Origin: a virus
Length of the DNA: 63,998 bases
Reading direction: 5' to 3' (one strand)
IMG/VR virus record: IMGVR_UViG_3300043408_000061
Span: 1-63,998 of that record
A program made the translations under genes and the position numbers. Positions 7,877-17,665 of the stretch are shown here, piece by piece. The notes beneath the pieces are model-generated. The model was not told the origin of the DNA and ran no database searches. It worked only from the letters and a program-made list of their open reading frames with translations. How positions within the stretch are numbered: the first letter of the stretch is position 1; the number at the start of each line of letters is the position of its first letter.

Positions 7877-8043
7877 CCTATATTTTCTACGCGCTCATAG
7901 TCGTTACGCTGTTCGCAGCGATGATGATGGTGTACGGCCTTGGACTGCTCCTCGGCTGGGCAACATGGAGTCTTATGTTCGTTACCGTGTGCGCACTGCT
8001 CAGCGTGACAGTGGGCCTTTGCCTTATGCTGGCAAGTGCATGA
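7867..8043 (+). CDS. small membrane protein (58 aa)
   Basis: My own translation is MLLAYIFYALIVVTLFAAMMMVYGLGLLLGWATWSLMFVTVCALLSVTVGLCLMLASA. Confidence 0.45.
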   Translation: MLLAYIFYALIVVTLFAAMMMVYGLGLLLGWATWSLMFVTVCALLSVTVGLCLMLASA

Positions 8044-8219
8044 CAGACGACGCTTGGGCTATTTTCGCCGTCGGATTCACATGCACGCTGTGGGCTTTGT
8101 GTATGGCTGTGTACGGCATTGTGCTGTGGCTTACGCCGTTTACCTTCACACTTTGGGTGCCAATCGTTGCAGCCTTAATATCGTGGATTGTCGTCGCCCA
8201 TGGAGTCATGAATGACTAA
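8040..8219 (+). CDS. small membrane protein (59 aa)
   Basis: ATGA overlap with 7867..8043. Sequence is MTDDAWAIFAVGFTCTLWALCMAVYGIVLWLTPFTFTLWVPIVAALISWIVV.... It overlaps the TerL start. Confidence 0.45.
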   Translation: MTDDAWAIFAVGFTCTLWALCMAVYGIVLWLTPFTFTLWVPIVAALISWIVVAHGVMND

Positions 8220-9621
8220 AACGATAACGCTTCCGGCATACGGCTGGACGCCTAGGCCCGACCAAATGCCAGCGTGGAAAGCGCTGATGTCACCGGACAT
8301 AAACCTTGTGGCTTTGGCCGCACACCGCCGGTATGGTAAAGACGCGTTAGGGTTGAGCTGGATAGCCACGGAAGCCATGCAGAAGGTGGGGTCGTACCTA
8401 TACACGCTACCAGAGTACAGCCAAGCGCGCAAGACAATATGGGATGGTGTTAACGCACGCACGGGTCGAACGCGTATTGACGATGCATTCCCACCTGAGA
8501 TTATCAAGCGCCGAGATGACAAAGGTATGTTCATCCAGCTCATCAACAACTCCACCGTTCAGCTCGCTGGCTCGGACTCAGTAGACGGTCTTGTTGGCGC
8601 AGGTATACGGGGGTTGGTTATGTCCGAGGCTGGACTATGTGACCCACGGGCGTGGGCGCTGTTCCGACCAATGTTGCTTGAGACAAAAGGCAAGTCACTG
8701 CACATCGGTACACCACGCGGCAAGAACGGCTTTTACAATATTATTGAGGCCAACCGCAACAAGGCCAGCGCGCACGTTCAGATTATCAGTGCATACGACA
8801 CACCAGTGTTCAGTGCGGAGCAGTTGAAGGAAGAGCGCCACACATACATCCAAGAGCATGGCACCACAATGGGCAATGCTTTATTCAGCCAGGAGTATGA
8901 GGCTAGCTTCGAGGCTGCAATCGTTGGCGCCGTGTGGGGCGCAGAGATAACGAAGCTCAAGCAGTCTGGGAGGCTGGCACCCTGCGGCTATGACCCTCGA
9001 TACCCAGTCCACACAGCGTGGGACCTGGGTGTGCGCGACTTCACCATCATCCTGTATTTCCAGTCTGTAGGCAATGAAGAGCGCCTGATTGACATCACGG
9101 CAGCCACGGACCTGGGACTGGACAGCTATGCCAAGATTTTGGCGGAGAAGGGCTACTACTACGGCAACCATTGGGGTCCACATGATATCCAAAACAGAGA
9201 ATGGGGCACAGGAACAAGCCGTATGGACCAGGCCGCACGCCTTGGGCTGCACTTTAAACGCGTCAGCAACACGCCAAAGGATGACCAAATCGCCTTGGGT
9301 GCCCAGCTCATGAACCGATTGGTGATAAACAACACTGAGGACCTGGATTCCGGTGAGCCGGTATGTGGCTACGCGCTTGAAGCCCTTACCAACTACCGGT
9401 TTAAGTTCGACGTAACACGCAAAATCAGCAGCTCAACCCCTGTTCACGACTGGACCAGCCACGTTGCCGACGCTTTTATGACGTATGCCTGCGCAAAAGC
9501 CCGTGATATTGGGTTTCAACGACCTCAGAATATCCTGCAACAGCACAGCGATACGCCAATGCCGCGCCTTTCGGCTATAATGGCTAGAATGAACAAGCCA
9601 ACCGGCTCAATGTGGGGCTAA
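8212..9621 (+). CDS. terL: terminase large subunit
   Basis: 469 aa. P-loop-like AAHRRYGKD, Walker-B-like GLVMSEAG, IGTPRGKNGFY, and a C-terminal nuclease-like region with acidic residues. Confidence 0.85.
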   Translation: MTKTITLPAYGWTPRPDQMPAWKALMSPDINLVALAAHRRYGKDALGLSWIATEAMQKVGSYLYTLPEYSQARKTIWDGVNARTGRTRIDDAFPPEIIKRRDDKGMFIQLINNSTVQLAGSDSVDGLVGAGIRGLVMSEAGLCDPRAWALFRPMLLETKGKSLHIGTPRGKNGFYNIIEANRNKASAHVQIISAYDTPVFSAEQLKEERHTYIQEHGTTMGNALFSQEYEASFEAAIVGAVWGAEITKLKQSGRLAPCGYDPRYPVHTAWDLGVRDFTIILYFQSVGNEERLIDITAATDLGLDSYAKILAEKGYYYGNHWGPHDIQNREWGTGTSRMDQAARLGLHFKRVSNTPKDDQIALGAQLMNRLVINNTEDLDSGEPVCGYALEALTNYRFKFDVTRKISSSTPVHDWTSHVADAFMTYACAKARDIGFQRPQNILQQHSDTPMPRLSAIMARMNKPTGSMWG

Positions 9622-9625
9622 ATAA

Positions 9626-11635
9626 ATGAATTTGGACGCAGCAAAAGACGAGATTGCTACGATTGTAATGGGACGACTGCGCGATGCTAAGGCTCTGCGT
9701 GAGTCTCGCCCTGTCTTCCAGAATAAATCCTTCGACGCAATGTTGAAACAGGCGGATGACCAGTACAAAAAGGTCTACTCTGTAGATTTATCCTCACGAC
9801 TCAACGCAACCTTCGGATATTGCCCTACGCGCTACGTGTCAATCACCAATATCAAGGTAAACGCCGCACGCGCATGGAAGACATCGCTGGCTGTCAACGC
9901 ACTAGACCGCATTGTAACGTGTATCCCGACGCCTGAGCCTGAGCTTGACGACTACTCCCGCGAGACTGTACGCCGGTCCATTGAGACCGACCTACGCAAG
10001 CGAATTTTAGAGCGTGGCAACGGCGTCGGAGATACATTACTCACACCGGATGGCAAGGTTGAGAAGGTTGTCCGGGATTTCATGGTGCGTGAAGCTCAGA
10101 AGCTCAAGGCTGTAGAGCAGATACGACTGGTCGGCATAGCAACAGAGGGTGCCAAGCGAGCCACCGTGAAGATGCGAGACCACATCATCGAGGGTGGGTT
10201 CCGTCAGGCTTACAGCCAGATTACGCACAACCAATTTTTGTATGGCATGGGCGTAGCACGCTTCCCAAGCTGGCAGAATGTTGCAGTTGTACAACACTCA
10301 GGTAAAGGTGTGAAACGCACGTTCGAGCTGCGACCCGTATTCCGCTCAGTAGACCCTAAGAACTTCTACTCGTCAGCCGACGCAGACAATTTAGCAGATT
10401 GCACCGGAAACACTGAGCTTACTAAGGTAACAAAAGCACAGCTTGTGGCCATGGCCAAAGACAAGCGCTACAACAAGAAAGCCATTGAGCAGATTCTCAC
10501 AGACTTTGCTGAGACTGACCGTGCATGGCTGTCACCTGAGTACACACCGCATAAGGAAAACAAATATTGGGAGCCCGACGAGACGATTGATATGTGTATT
10601 CATGAGGGCTTCTTCAACGGCCACGACTTAGAAGAGATTGGCGTGAAGGGTGTGAGTATCATGGACACCGTTAATGCTCACGTCGTCGTGTGTGGGGGCC
10701 ACACCATCCTATGCGAAGCAGAGAAACACCCCGGCGGCATGGACCGCACGTACTCCATCATTCCATTCCAACGCATTGGCAGCAATGTCTACGATGTAGT
10801 TGGCATCGCACACATGGTAGCGGACTACGAAGAGCAGGTCAACACACTGATGCCGTTGTTTGAAAACAACATTGGCTGGGCAGCCATGCCACCTATGATG
10901 AAGAACAGCTCAGTGTTCCAAAATCCGATAGATGCAAAGAATATATCACCGGGCCAGCAGTATGAGATATCGGACACATACATTGGTGGCTCAGCACCTG
11001 ACCCATTGCGCACAATGCGAACAGTCAGCGCACAGTATCACCTCATCATGGCCGAGATAAATGCTATCATTAAGCTAGCAGACGAGGCAAGTGGTATACC
11101 GGCTTTCGCCTATGGCGGCTCTGACTATGGCAAATCTTCACTAGGCGAGTTCAGCGCTCGATTGTCGGCAGCCATGCGCATTGTTAAAGAGGCTGCACTG
11201 GCTGAGGACACCGCGCTAGAGCCGAGCTGGCGGTCACTATTCCACTGGCTGCTTGAAAACGAGAAGGGCTTTGCTGAAGGCATGGATGTTGACTTGCAGC
11301 TTCGCGGTATCACGGGTCTGCTATCCGAAGAAGAAGTTACACGCAACCGTCAGGCAGTGCTAGGCATGATTATGACTGGGGTGGATAGGGGCACCATACC
11401 AAAAGACGTGGAGACCTACGCAGTACGCCGGGAGTTGGAGGCCAATGGCATACCTGCTGCAGAGCTAGGCATGGCAGACTCTATTCTCGACCACGCTGCA
11501 GCCCAGGCAGCCGGTATGCCTACGCAGCCGTTGGCTGCAGGCGGGCAAATACCAGCTCTTGATGGCCGAAGTTTAGGCAACATGCCGCAAGGCGCAGTGC
11601 TGGCACCCAACGGTGCTGAAACAGGAATACGTTAG
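9626..11635 (+). CDS. portal protein (putative)
   Basis: 669 aa, immediately downstream of TerL. The call rests on size and position only. Confidence 0.6.
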   Translation: MNLDAAKDEIATIVMGRLRDAKALRESRPVFQNKSFDAMLKQADDQYKKVYSVDLSSRLNATFGYCPTRYVSITNIKVNAARAWKTSLAVNALDRIVTCIPTPEPELDDYSRETVRRSIETDLRKRILERGNGVGDTLLTPDGKVEKVVRDFMVREAQKLKAVEQIRLVGIATEGAKRATVKMRDHIIEGGFRQAYSQITHNQFLYGMGVARFPSWQNVAVVQHSGKGVKRTFELRPVFRSVDPKNFYSSADADNLADCTGNTELTKVTKAQLVAMAKDKRYNKKAIEQILTDFAETDRAWLSPEYTPHKENKYWEPDETIDMCIHEGFFNGHDLEEIGVKGVSIMDTVNAHVVVCGGHTILCEAEKHPGGMDRTYSIIPFQRIGSNVYDVVGIAHMVADYEEQVNTLMPLFENNIGWAAMPPMMKNSSVFQNPIDAKNISPGQQYEISDTYIGGSAPDPLRTMRTVSAQYHLIMAEINAIIKLADEASGIPAFAYGGSDYGKSSLGEFSARLSAAMRIVKEAALAEDTALEPSWRSLFHWLLENEKGFAEGMDVDLQLRGITGLLSEEEVTRNRQAVLGMIMTGVDRGTIPKDVETYAVRRELEANGIPAAELGMADSILDHAAAQAAGMPTQPLAAGGQIPALDGRSLGNMPQGAVLAPNGAETGIR

Positions 11636-11667
11636 CCATAAGCCAAATAACTATTAGTTATGTACTG

Positions 11668-11676
11668 TGATAAAAT
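11668..11676 (+). promoter_or_regulatory. extended -10-like element TGATAAAAT
   Basis: TGnTAAAAT with 6 nt to the ATG at 11683 and no Shine-Dalgarno. Confidence 0.4.
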
Positions 11677-11682
11677 CCTGTT

Positions 11683-11958
11683 ATGAGCACTACAATTGCA
11701 GACAAAGCCACTAAAGTCGGAGATGAACTCTGGTATAACAGCCTCGGACTATGGGCGAAAGTAACAGCCCCAGGCATCGTTACCATTGAGGGCATCAACG
11801 GCCAGAAAGTTAAGTATCCGTTCACTGCAGGCGGCCTCATAAATGGCAAGAAGCAGTTGAGCTGGCATCAACCGCTAGTGTTCGACGCTCCAACACGCGA
11901 CGTCCGTAAATATCAAGAGCTTTTAGACAAGGCTCACTCTCTATTCGGGGACCAATAA
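11683..11958 (+). CDS. hypothetical protein (candidate leaderless gene)
   Basis: 91-aa ORF. A TAATG overlap couples it to the next gene. Confidence 0.6.
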   Translation: MSTTIADKATKVGDELWYNSLGLWAKVTAPGIVTIEGINGQKVKYPFTAGGLINGKKQLSWHQPLVFDAPTRDVRKYQELLDKAHSLFGDQ

Positions 11959-14399
11959 TGGCCTTGACCAACGACTGCTGCCCAGCCCCCGGACTACCTA
12001 CACCTGCCGTAGCAGGTCCGCCGCTACCTGACTCACAGCCATCGCCATGCGACATGGCTAACTGGGTAAAGATTTGCGGAAGCGACCAAGAACCCTTTGA
12101 AACCGTCGGGCAGGACTGCTCCGGCGCCCCCGTAGCGACCATGATTACTCCGGGTCAGGGTGGCTATGCCGTCCAGCCTGAAGGCCACGCATACAACGTA
12201 AAGATTTGCACACCGACGGGCCAAGCTGACCGCGAGATGGTTGTCATGTGTACGCCAACCGGCGGCAAGGTCATCGTTCAGAACGTCACACCACAAGAAG
12301 CTCCGCTTGGAACAGCACCTGTGTTTGAGGCTTGGAACTTTGACAGCACGCCATGGGCTGGTGACGTAACCACATTGGTTGACTGCGGTGCAGAAAAGGT
12401 TGATATTGCCCCGGCAGCATTCTTTTGCTCAGCCGGCCAAGAGGTAACACGCACAAGCATCTGGGATATATCCGTGCAGCCTGCAGTTTTGCTTGGCAAT
12501 ATCTGGCAGGACGTATTCGGAGCCATAATCGCACAGCCTGCAGCTGCAACATTGTACTCAGGCCAATGCCGCCAAGCCACATACGTGGAGCGCGCAATAT
12601 GTGCAAACACAACCTCTGGCGAAATCTGGAATATGGTTGAGCGTACAGTCACACAAGCAGACGGCACAGTATCAGTACGATACTTTGATGCAGATACATC
12701 ACCGATGGCAGATGTGACAGAGGCATACCTAAGTATTCGCCATGGCGGTGAGTGTGACTGCTGCAATGATGTCGTGCCAGTTCCTGTGACGGGCCTGCGA
12801 TTGTTCAAAGCTATCAACTCATCACAGTATTCCAGTGTTCAAGTTGGCCAGCCTGCCGTGTATCAGATTGTCGTAAACAACGACGGCCCATCCGCAGCCG
12901 ACGGCGCGACATTGGTTGACACACACCCGGCTGAGTTTATATACGACTCGTACTCCGTAAGCTACAGCGGTGGCGCAGCGGGGCTAACAGGCGTGTTCCC
13001 CAACTTTGTTATCGGAACAATGCCGTCGGGCGGACAGGTAGAACTGCTGATTACAGGGCACTACGACGTTATAGGCGAGACTGTAAATACAGCTACAGTA
13101 ACGCCTGCGACTGGAAGTGTTAACAACCCGCCTACCGGGTTAAGCTCATCTGCTACAACCGCAGTAAGCGGTGTTCCGGCATCCGTAACACTGACGAAGA
13201 CAGCCCCCGCTGTGCAAGATATTAACCAACTGGTTCAGTATGTAATCACTATGTCTAACGCTGGTCCAGGCCAAGCCAACGGCGTAGGTTTCTCTGACCA
13301 ATTGCCTGCCGAGTTCACACCGTCCAGCTTCGCATGGAGCTACACAGGCGGCGCATCAGGCGGCTCCCAAGTATCAGCTACTTATTTTGCTGTAGCCACT
13401 ATGCCTTCGGGTTCAACTGCTACATTAACAATAGCAGGCGTATTCAATACAGCCGCAGGCATTGTTGAAAACACCGTTGTTGGTATACCCCCAGCCAACA
13501 ATCCAGCGGTAGGGTTTACAGGTTCAGGCACTGACACAGCTACGTCATGCGCACGCGGATGGCTGCCATACCACGAACTGTTAATCCCCATATCGACAAT
13601 CATGGGCGTGTACAGCACCGGCTCAGGTGTTAATAACCTCGGATTTGTTGACTATGCAACAGGTGCAGTCACGTTCGTAGCTAATATCCCAGGCGCAAAT
13701 CTGAACGCGCTAGGTTTGGATAAATCATCCAACAACGCTGTGTTCTTGGACCGTGCAACAGGCCGCATCTACACAGCGTACTCACCATACTACGTTGTTG
13801 CACAGCCTAGTGTGTTGGGTGCAGGACCGATTGCTGCCGCCAACGCCATCATGGGTGCTTTAGATAGCGCGCAACAGTGGTGGGTCGGCGGCATAACTAA
13901 TAACACAGGAACAACAGCACAGATAAACATCGGTGTCGTAGACCCGCAGACTGGTGTTCAGACAGCTGTACCTAGCTTGACAGCCACATTGAGCACAGGC
14001 TCTAACGGCTTTGATTTTGACTTCGCCCCGAACGACGATTTGTACGCGCTTACGGGCTTGAATATTTACGTTGCAACCAAGTCTTCCAACTATTCTGGCT
14101 GGACCAATGTTGGCACGTTGACAGGAATCGCTGCAACTGGTGGCTCTGTAGCTTACGACCAAGGCACACTACGCGGAACATCTGCCACAGGTCAAATCTG
14201 GGCCTACGACATTTCAACTGGAGTCACATCAGTAACAAGCAACATGCCTGCAGGGTTCACCATGGCAGATATGTCAGGTGCCACAGACCCAGTATGCAAG
14301 CGATTCTTCTTGAATAACTGCGACGGCAAATTCTATGAACTCAACAAGGTGGTTGAATATGTACCCTACGGTACAGCTATTGCGGGGGACTGCGCATAA
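11958..14399 (+). CDS. large virion-associated adhesin-like protein with two DUF11-like repeat domains
   Basis: 813 aa. VYQIVVNNDGPSAADGATLVDTHPAEF and VQYVITMSNAGPGQANGVGFSDQLPAEF match the 'conserved repeat domain' pattern. The C-terminal half is Gly/Thr-rich and beta-propeller-like. Confidence 0.6.
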   Translation: MALTNDCCPAPGLPTPAVAGPPLPDSQPSPCDMANWVKICGSDQEPFETVGQDCSGAPVATMITPGQGGYAVQPEGHAYNVKICTPTGQADREMVVMCTPTGGKVIVQNVTPQEAPLGTAPVFEAWNFDSTPWAGDVTTLVDCGAEKVDIAPAAFFCSAGQEVTRTSIWDISVQPAVLLGNIWQDVFGAIIAQPAAATLYSGQCRQATYVERAICANTTSGEIWNMVERTVTQADGTVSVRYFDADTSPMADVTEAYLSIRHGGECDCCNDVVPVPVTGLRLFKAINSSQYSSVQVGQPAVYQIVVNNDGPSAADGATLVDTHPAEFIYDSYSVSYSGGAAGLTGVFPNFVIGTMPSGGQVELLITGHYDVIGETVNTATVTPATGSVNNPPTGLSSSATTAVSGVPASVTLTKTAPAVQDINQLVQYVITMSNAGPGQANGVGFSDQLPAEFTPSSFAWSYTGGASGGSQVSATYFAVATMPSGSTATLTIAGVFNTAAGIVENTVVGIPPANNPAVGFTGSGTDTATSCARGWLPYHELLIPISTIMGVYSTGSGVNNLGFVDYATGAVTFVANIPGANLNALGLDKSSNNAVFLDRATGRIYTAYSPYYVVAQPSVLGAGPIAAANAIMGALDSAQQWWVGGITNNTGTTAQINIGVVDPQTGVQTAVPSLTATLSTGSNGFDFDFAPNDDLYALTGLNIYVATKSSNYSGWTNVGTLTGIAATGGSVAYDQGTLRGTSATGQIWAYDISTGVTSVTSNMPAGFTMADMSGATDPVCKRFFLNNCDGKFYELNKVVEYVPYGTAIAGDCA

Positions 14400-14701
14400 T
14401 GGGTAAGTTCAATGCAACATGCTGCGACGTTGCGACGGTAGCGCCTAAAGCGGTGTCCTCTGGGACATTGCGCGGCGGCGCATTCACTGTCCCCGTCGGC
14501 GCTAAATCTGTGTCGTTGATGGTTCACTCCAGCGGCGGCGTCAGTGTAACCGGCGAAGTAAACGCCACGTTCGCTTGGGCTGGTTCATCCCGTACATGGG
14601 ATGCGACGGCTGTAGGCGGTACTGACGCGAGCTACGTCAACCCGTTCAACTTCACCGCCGACACAGCATCAGTTGTGTGGGAAGTGGATTATCAAATTTA
14701 A
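14399..14701 (+). CDS. small structural protein homologous to the C-terminus of 14711..15859
   Basis: 100 aa. Shares the pattern G..TVP.GAKS.S..V.S.G.V.TG...W with the last ~90 aa of the next protein. Confidence 0.6.
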   Translation: MGKFNATCCDVATVAPKAVSSGTLRGGAFTVPVGAKSVSLMVHSSGGVSVTGEVNATFAWAGSSRTWDATAVGGTDASYVNPFNFTADTASVVWEVDYQI

Positions 14702-14710
14702 AGGATAACT

Positions 14711-15859
14711 ATGTCAGCCGGAACTTCCGCCCAAACATCTAGTCCGCATATCAAGCAGGTTGTTGGCTGTGCCAACGGCGTAAGCTGGACATTGCGTGAA
14801 GAGATTGACCCAACGAACCTAACCACGGTTCAACAACTCTACATCAACAACGCAACGCAAGCTACACAAGCTACTGCACCTGCAGGCTTTGTGCCGGTTG
14901 CGTGTGAGACAGGCAAGGACTCTGAGTTCGTAGTGTTGTGCGACACAAGCACCACACCACCAACACCGTACTTGCGTCGAATCATCACGGACTTCTCAAC
15001 TGTTCCGCCTACAGACACCACGCTCAACTTCACGCTGAATGGCGCTGCATACACACCTGTAACTCCAGGCGTGTGCGACGGTTACGATTTAGTTGAAGGC
15101 TGTGCTGAAGTGTTCAGCACCGCCACCGGCGCATTGACACCTGTACGTGCACTACAACTTACACGATATGGCCAGTTAATTGGTACACCTTTGTACTACT
15201 CGAACACAACCAACGCAACTGTTGTGCCAGGCGCGACAGACCGCGTGTTGAATTGTGGTGAGTTGACATACACTGAGAGCATCTTGTGTGACAGCACACC
15301 GACAACATTCTGGCGCACGCAGTACAAGCTGGGTTCAACTGTTTTGTTCACACAAGACTTGAACATTGGCAAGACAGCTGCATACACAGCCGTCGGTGCA
15401 GTGGGTGTTTGCCCGGACTACGAAGTTGAAGACGAGTACGCATGTATCGCTGGCGCAGCTGCCAACGATGACACAATTTCCATTCGTGTCGTTCGCGTGT
15501 ACAACGGCGCTACGCTGGTCAGCGAGACTCGCACACGCTTGGATACATACGCTGTTGTTGCAAACAACGTCGTGTTGGTACCCTGTACGCAAGTTGCTGG
15601 CACAGTTCGTCAAGGCTCATTGATTAACACTGGTGCATCTGCGGTTACAATCCCAGCAGGCAAGCGCTCAATCAGTATCGTGGTTCGCTCAGGTTCTGTG
15701 ACAGGCACTGGCTCATTGCAGACTGGTGCTACGCAGTATCGCGCAGGCGAAGGCTACTCTTGGTCCATCAAGGAAGACGGCGAATTGCTGGAAGCAATGA
15801 CCTTCACAGGTACAACTCCAACGACTTCGTTCACAGTAATCTGGACTCAACGAGCCTAA
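14711..15859 (+). CDS. Thr/Ala-rich fibre/adhesin-like structural protein
   Basis: 382 aa with AAGGA upstream. Confidence 0.6.
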   Translation: MSAGTSAQTSSPHIKQVVGCANGVSWTLREEIDPTNLTTVQQLYINNATQATQATAPAGFVPVACETGKDSEFVVLCDTSTTPPTPYLRRIITDFSTVPPTDTTLNFTLNGAAYTPVTPGVCDGYDLVEGCAEVFSTATGALTPVRALQLTRYGQLIGTPLYYSNTTNATVVPGATDRVLNCGELTYTESILCDSTPTTFWRTQYKLGSTVLFTQDLNIGKTAAYTAVGAVGVCPDYEVEDEYACIAGAAANDDTISIRVVRVYNGATLVSETRTRLDTYAVVANNVVLVPCTQVAGTVRQGSLINTGASAVTIPAGKRSISIVVRSGSVTGTGSLQTGATQYRAGEGYSWSIKEDGELLEAMTFTGTTPTTSFTVIWTQRA

Positions 15860-15862
15860 CCA

Positions 15863-17020
15863 ATGACAACAAGCGTCAGTATAAGTTCTAGCGTAGAGGA
15901 GACCTTGGTATGCCAGCTGGCATACCCAGTCGCCAAACCTCTAATTCGTTACTACGACGGATTAGGGGGTGGCACGCTGCCAAGTATTCCTGCCGACACA
16001 ACACCTTACACTGCCGCTCAACTGTTGGTTAACGGACTCGTGGCTCCGATTCCTGTGAATCGGGCCGACAACTACTCAGCCCGTAGCCGTGGGTACATTC
16101 GACCTACGGTTACAGGCCTCTACACAATCTGGATTAGCAGCGATGACGCTGGTTTTTTCAGCCTTGGTGCAGCTAATGGCTCCACCTGCGGCCTGCCAAT
16201 CAGCGTTTCAAATGCTGGTTACTCTGGAGCACAAGGCTCTACAGGCGCATCATTCACCGTCAACCTAACAGCAAACGTTGCGTACCCTTATGAGATGGGC
16301 TACAGCGAAGGTGCAGGCGGCGACTACATTCAAATAGACTGGTCCGTAGGTGGAAGCGCACGCACAGTAATCCCCGCAGCAGTTATTTTTGCAGAGAACC
16401 CAAACTCATTGGCCAAGCGCCAACTCACGAAGACATCAATAGGTGGCGTTGACACATACACCACATTCGACGGCTCAGTTGTTGTACCTACAACCCAGCA
16501 GCCTTTGGTTGACTGTGGTACAAGTTATGATTACAACTGCGGCGGTGGCACATCTATTGCACTAGCTGCTACAATTCCGCTAGCAGATGGTGTTGCTGAT
16601 ACTCAGCGCGTTGGCGCTGTCGGTACGTCAACCGCAGCTGCTCGCGCAGACCACATCCACCCAGTTGCTAAGTTGGCCAACGTCGCCATGCCTGCAGTTA
16701 CTGTCGGCGGTGGAACACTGCAGGCCACCACGGTATGGCGTGAGACCACAACCGAAGAGACTTTAGAGAAAGCCATTCGCGTTGACATGACACCTACAGC
16801 CGCCGGTGCGTGGCGCACTATCAACTTCCCCAACATTGCAGGGTACACGCTAGCACGAGTAGAGCCAGCGGGTCTATATTGCGCCAACCTAGTAGGCGCA
16901 AACCCTTGGGTTGGCCAGCACTTTGTGTGGGGTGTGAGCACATTCTACTGGGCTACCCCAGCAGCATTTGTGAATCAGCCTTGCAACTGGAACTTCAATT
17001 TAACCTACGTTCTTAACTGA
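15863..17020 (+). CDS. PA14-like domain protein (putative receptor-binding/fibre protein)
   Basis: ARSRGYIRPTVTGLYTIWISSDDAGFFSLG...VAYPYEMGYSEGAGGDYIQIDWS fits the PA14 signature. Confidence 0.65.
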   Translation: MTTSVSISSSVEETLVCQLAYPVAKPLIRYYDGLGGGTLPSIPADTTPYTAAQLLVNGLVAPIPVNRADNYSARSRGYIRPTVTGLYTIWISSDDAGFFSLGAANGSTCGLPISVSNAGYSGAQGSTGASFTVNLTANVAYPYEMGYSEGAGGDYIQIDWSVGGSARTVIPAAVIFAENPNSLAKRQLTKTSIGGVDTYTTFDGSVVVPTTQQPLVDCGTSYDYNCGGGTSIALAATIPLADGVADTQRVGAVGTSTAAARADHIHPVAKLANVAMPAVTVGGGTLQATTVWRETTTEETLEKAIRVDMTPTAAGAWRTINFPNIAGYTLARVEPAGLYCANLVGANPWVGQHFVWGVSTFYWATPAAFVNQPCNWNFNLTYVLN

Positions 17021-17021
17021 T

Positions 17022-17420
17022 ATGCGCAACTATGACTTTGTGAAGAACGGCGTTTCGTATACGTTCACATCCCTACCGGATATGCCGGATGCGGATATTA
17101 TTGCGTTGATACCGGAGACCAAAGAGTCTGTATCACCGACACCAGTGCCTACACCAAACCCTGTGTCACCATCAGGATTGAAAGTAGCTATCGTAAAGAA
17201 AGACTTTGCAAGCATGGACGTTAGCTACGCCAACGGAAGTCTTGCATCTGCAACACTAAAGATTCGTGTAGGCAGCGTTGACCGACCGGACCGCATAGTT
17301 GCATCCGGAAAGACCGCGCTATCAACATACACAACAACAGTGAAAACCGGCTTCGCAGGACAGCGAATGGTGGTAACTCACGTTGAATCCAACACCTTAA
17401 TTTTCGACCAAGTATTATGA
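17022..17420 (+). CDS. hypothetical structural protein with a Pro-rich linker
   Basis: 132-aa ORF. Confidence 0.55.
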   Translation: MRNYDFVKNGVSYTFTSLPDMPDADIIALIPETKESVSPTPVPTPNPVSPSGLKVAIVKKDFASMDVSYANGSLASATLKIRVGSVDRPDRIVASGKTALSTYTTTVKTGFAGQRMVVTHVESNTLIFDQVL

Positions 17421-17665
17421 CCTGCCAGAACTGCGATTGCAATAAAAAAAAGAAGCCTGTGGTGCAGCACACTGCACCACAACCACGACGCATAAATGTA
17501 TCCTATAAGCACGTATCATATGTGTTAGTAGCTATTATTTTTGTAGCATCAGTGTGGTTTATAAAACCCTACTTCTGCAATTGTGCTGAGCTTGCTTTGC
17601 GCGTCGAGCAGCTTGAACGACACGGTGTGAAAGTTGACGCGCAGTTCCACAAGAGTTTGAAATGA
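17417..17665 (+). CDS. type-II membrane protein with a coiled-coil ectodomain
   Basis: 82 aa. Cys-rich basic N-terminus, transmembrane segment YVLVAIIFVASVWFI, then a helical tail. ATGA overlaps occur on both sides. Confidence 0.55.
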   Translation: MTCQNCDCNKKKKPVVQHTAPQPRRINVSYKHVSYVLVAIIFVASVWFIKPYFCNCAELALRVEQLERHGVKVDAQFHKSLK

